From an uncultured Gemmatimonadales bacterium (GTDB lineage: Bacteria > Gemmatimonadota > Gemmatimonadetes > Gemmatimonadales > Gemmatimonadaceae), in assembly GCA_963851265.1 (NCBI GenBank), contig CAWKNZ010000003.1, forward strand, positions 216,014 through 280,013: a stretch of DNA of 64,000 bases, read 5' to 3'. This document shows positions 62,173-64,000 of the stretch, in pieces. The notes below the pieces were generated by a model. That model saw nothing but the letters and a program-made list of their open reading frames with translations, ran no database searches and was not told where the DNA came from. Made by a program: the position numbers and the translations under genes. The number at the start of each line of letters is the position of its first letter. Within the stretch, counting starts at the first letter, position 1.

Positions 62173-62793
62173 TCAGCCGTCGGCCGCGGGCGCCCCGGGC
62201 GGCCGCGCGTCGGTGGCGGACACGTCCGCGGCCGGCGCGTCGGCCGCCAGTCGCACCTCGCGAAAGAGGTCGGCCAGCGCGTCGAGCTGGTAGTGCGCGT
62301 TGAGTCCGCTCGGGTTGGGCAGCACCCACACTCGTGTGCGGCCTAACGGCTCCGACTGCGGGCCGAGCGCGGCTTTCGGCCGGACGAACGCGGTGCGGTA
62401 TGCGCCCACGCCCAGTACCGCGAGCACGCGGGGCCGGTAAACCTCTACCTTCTCGCGCAGCGCGCGCCCACCCGCGACGTACTCCTCGGGCGCCAGCTCG
62501 GCCGCCGTCGCGGTCACGCGCGGCACGACGTTGGTCACCCCGTAGCCGCGCTCCAGCAGCGTGCGCTCCTCACTCGGCGCGAGCAGGCGGTCCGTGAACC
62601 CGGCGCGGTAGAGCGCGGGCCAGAACCGGTTGCCCGGCCGCGCGAAGTGGTGCCCGGTGTAGGCGGTGTAGAGCCCCGGGTTGATGCCGCAAAAGAGCAC
62701 GCGGAGCCCGGGCGCGATCACGTCCTCGACGCGCACGTCGGGCCCCGACGCGGCGAGCAGGTCCGCGCGGCTCGGCCGCCGCACCGTCGTCAC
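62173..62793 (-). CDS. mug: G/U mismatch-specific DNA glycosylase
   Basis: CGINPG, HHFARPGNRFW, GVTN, LPNPSGLN. Confidence 0.9.
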   Translation of the reverse strand: MTTVRRPSRADLLAASGPDVRVEDVIAPGLRVLFCGINPGLYTAYTGHHFARPGNRFWPALYRAGFTDRLLAPSEERTLLERGYGVTNVVPRVTATAAELAPEEYVAGGRALREKVEVYRPRVLAVLGVGAYRTAFVRPKAALGPQSEPLGRTRVWVLPNPSGLNAHYQLDALADLFREVRLAADAPAADVSATDARPPGAPAADG

Positions 62794-62800
62794 CGCGCGT

Positions 62801-63055
62801 TCAGCGCCCGATGGGTGACGTGGCGCTGTGGTCGGTGATGTCGCCCGCACCCTTGGCGCGCGCGCAGTGGGCCGAGCAGTAGAAATCCTGGTTGGCGTCG
62901 ACGCCGTGCCCGAGCACCTTCACGCCGCAGTTGGCGCAGACGGGCGCGAGCTTGTGGATGGCGCACTCGAAGCTGTCGAAGACGTGCCGGTTGCCGGCGG
63001 TGACGACCTCGAAGGCGAGATAGTAGTCGTTGCCGCACACTTCGCATCGGGCCAT
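62801..63055 (-). CDS. Small Cys/His-rich metal-binding protein (prokaryotic metallothionein-like)
   Basis: CEVCGNDY, FDSFECAIH, CANC, GHG, CSAHCA. Confidence 0.8.
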   Translation of the reverse strand: MARCEVCGNDYYLAFEVVTAGNRHVFDSFECAIHKLAPVCANCGVKVLGHGVDANQDFYCSAHCARAKGAGDITDHSATSPIGR

Positions 63056-63297
63056 GCCGGGCGCCTCGTGGGGAGTTCGGGTCGAAGGTCGGGATTGCCG
63101 GAAGCGGGCGGCCGGCGCAAGAAGGACGCCGATCAGGCGCCGCGGGCCGCCGGTCCCGGGCGCGTCGCGCGCGGCGGCGGACGAGAGGCGAACCGCGTCG
63201 GCGTGGCGTGCGACGGTCGGCGGAGGCGGCGACCGATGGTACGTTCGGCGCACGTTTCCTGCCGGTCCTGACGCTTCACCCTGCCACTCCCGGTTCG

Positions 63298-63846
63298 ATG
63301 ACCGTTCCCGCCGCGCCAGCGCTCGATCCGCTCCGCTACCCCACGGGCAAGTGGGCTCCGCTGCCCGCCGACACGCCGCCCGCGGTGATCGCCGCCCTCG
63401 TCGACCGCATCGCCGCGACGCCGGCCGCGTTGCGCGCCGCGGTCAACGGGCTGAACGATGCGCAGCTCGACACGCCGTACCGCGAGGCGGGGTGGACGGT
63501 GCGGCAGGTGGTGCACCACGTGGCGGACTCGCACATGCAGGCGTACGCGCGCTTCAAGAAGGCGCTCACCGAGGACGTGCCGCCGATCATGACGTACGAG
63601 GAGGCGCGATGGGCGGAGCTGCCGGATTCGCGGCTGCCGGTGGGGCCGTCGCTGGCGCTGCTGGACGCCCTGCACGCGCGCTGGGACGTGGTGCTGCGGG
63701 CGTTAGGCCCGGCGGAGTTGGCGCGGGCGTACCGGCATCCGGAGATGGGCGAGGTGCCGCTGCGGACGGCGGTGGCGATCTACGCGTGGCACGGGGGGCA
63801 CCACGTGGCGCACGTGGTGGAGCTGAGGGGGCGGATGGGGTGGTGA
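63298..63846 (+). CDS. YfiT/BstA-like DinB-superfamily thiol transferase
   Basis: LRYP.GK, LDTPYR..GWTVRQVVHHVADSH, YAWHG.HH.AH. Confidence 0.9.
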   Translation: MTVPAAPALDPLRYPTGKWAPLPADTPPAVIAALVDRIAATPAALRAAVNGLNDAQLDTPYREAGWTVRQVVHHVADSHMQAYARFKKALTEDVPPIMTYEEARWAELPDSRLPVGPSLALLDALHARWDVVLRALGPAELARAYRHPEMGEVPLRTAVAIYAWHGGHHVAHVVELRGRMGW

Positions 63847-64000
63847 GGGCGGAGGTTCGGGGCGAAGCAGCCGGCCGTGGAGATCTGCAGAATTTTTCGA
63901 GCCGCAGGGTTCCGGATCACCGCGAGCCCACCCCGCCAACAGGAACCAGGGGCCGCGGGCGGTGCGGTGTAGCAGCCACGTGACGTCGAGCACGGCAATG

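Overview
Very GC-rich (roughly 75% by eye) bacterial chromosomal segment with about 60 protein-coding genes. I found no rRNA, tRNA, CRISPR array, prophage or IS element. Gene content and the many 'xxAC-x-D-x-PT' lipoproteins suggest Gemmatimonadota (inference). Recognisable genes include a lasso-peptide-like tailoring cassette (RRE/PqqD, B2 peptidase, HprK-like kinase, nucleotidyltransferase) with no cyclase or precursor in view, two spore-photoproduct-lyase-like radical SAM genes, queD, a CruG-like glycosyltransferase, tricorn and M14 peptidases, msrB, an rmuC-addB-addA-like recombination cluster, thrC-thrB, a VapBC-type TA pair, a GMC oxidoreductase, TMEM175, rpiB, namZ, a PAS-GAF histidine kinase, an old yellow enzyme, mug and a YfiT-like thiol transferase. 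The most striking non-gene signal is a dispersed non-palindromic word, YGTTAGGC/GCCTAACR, with about 30 copies by eye. It occurs on both strands and in several reading frames and accounts for nearly all rare TTA codons, which points to a DNA-level signal of unknown function. Three genes carry apparent single-base frameshifts that may be assembly errors. All counts are manual and all product calls come from motif recognition, not database searches.
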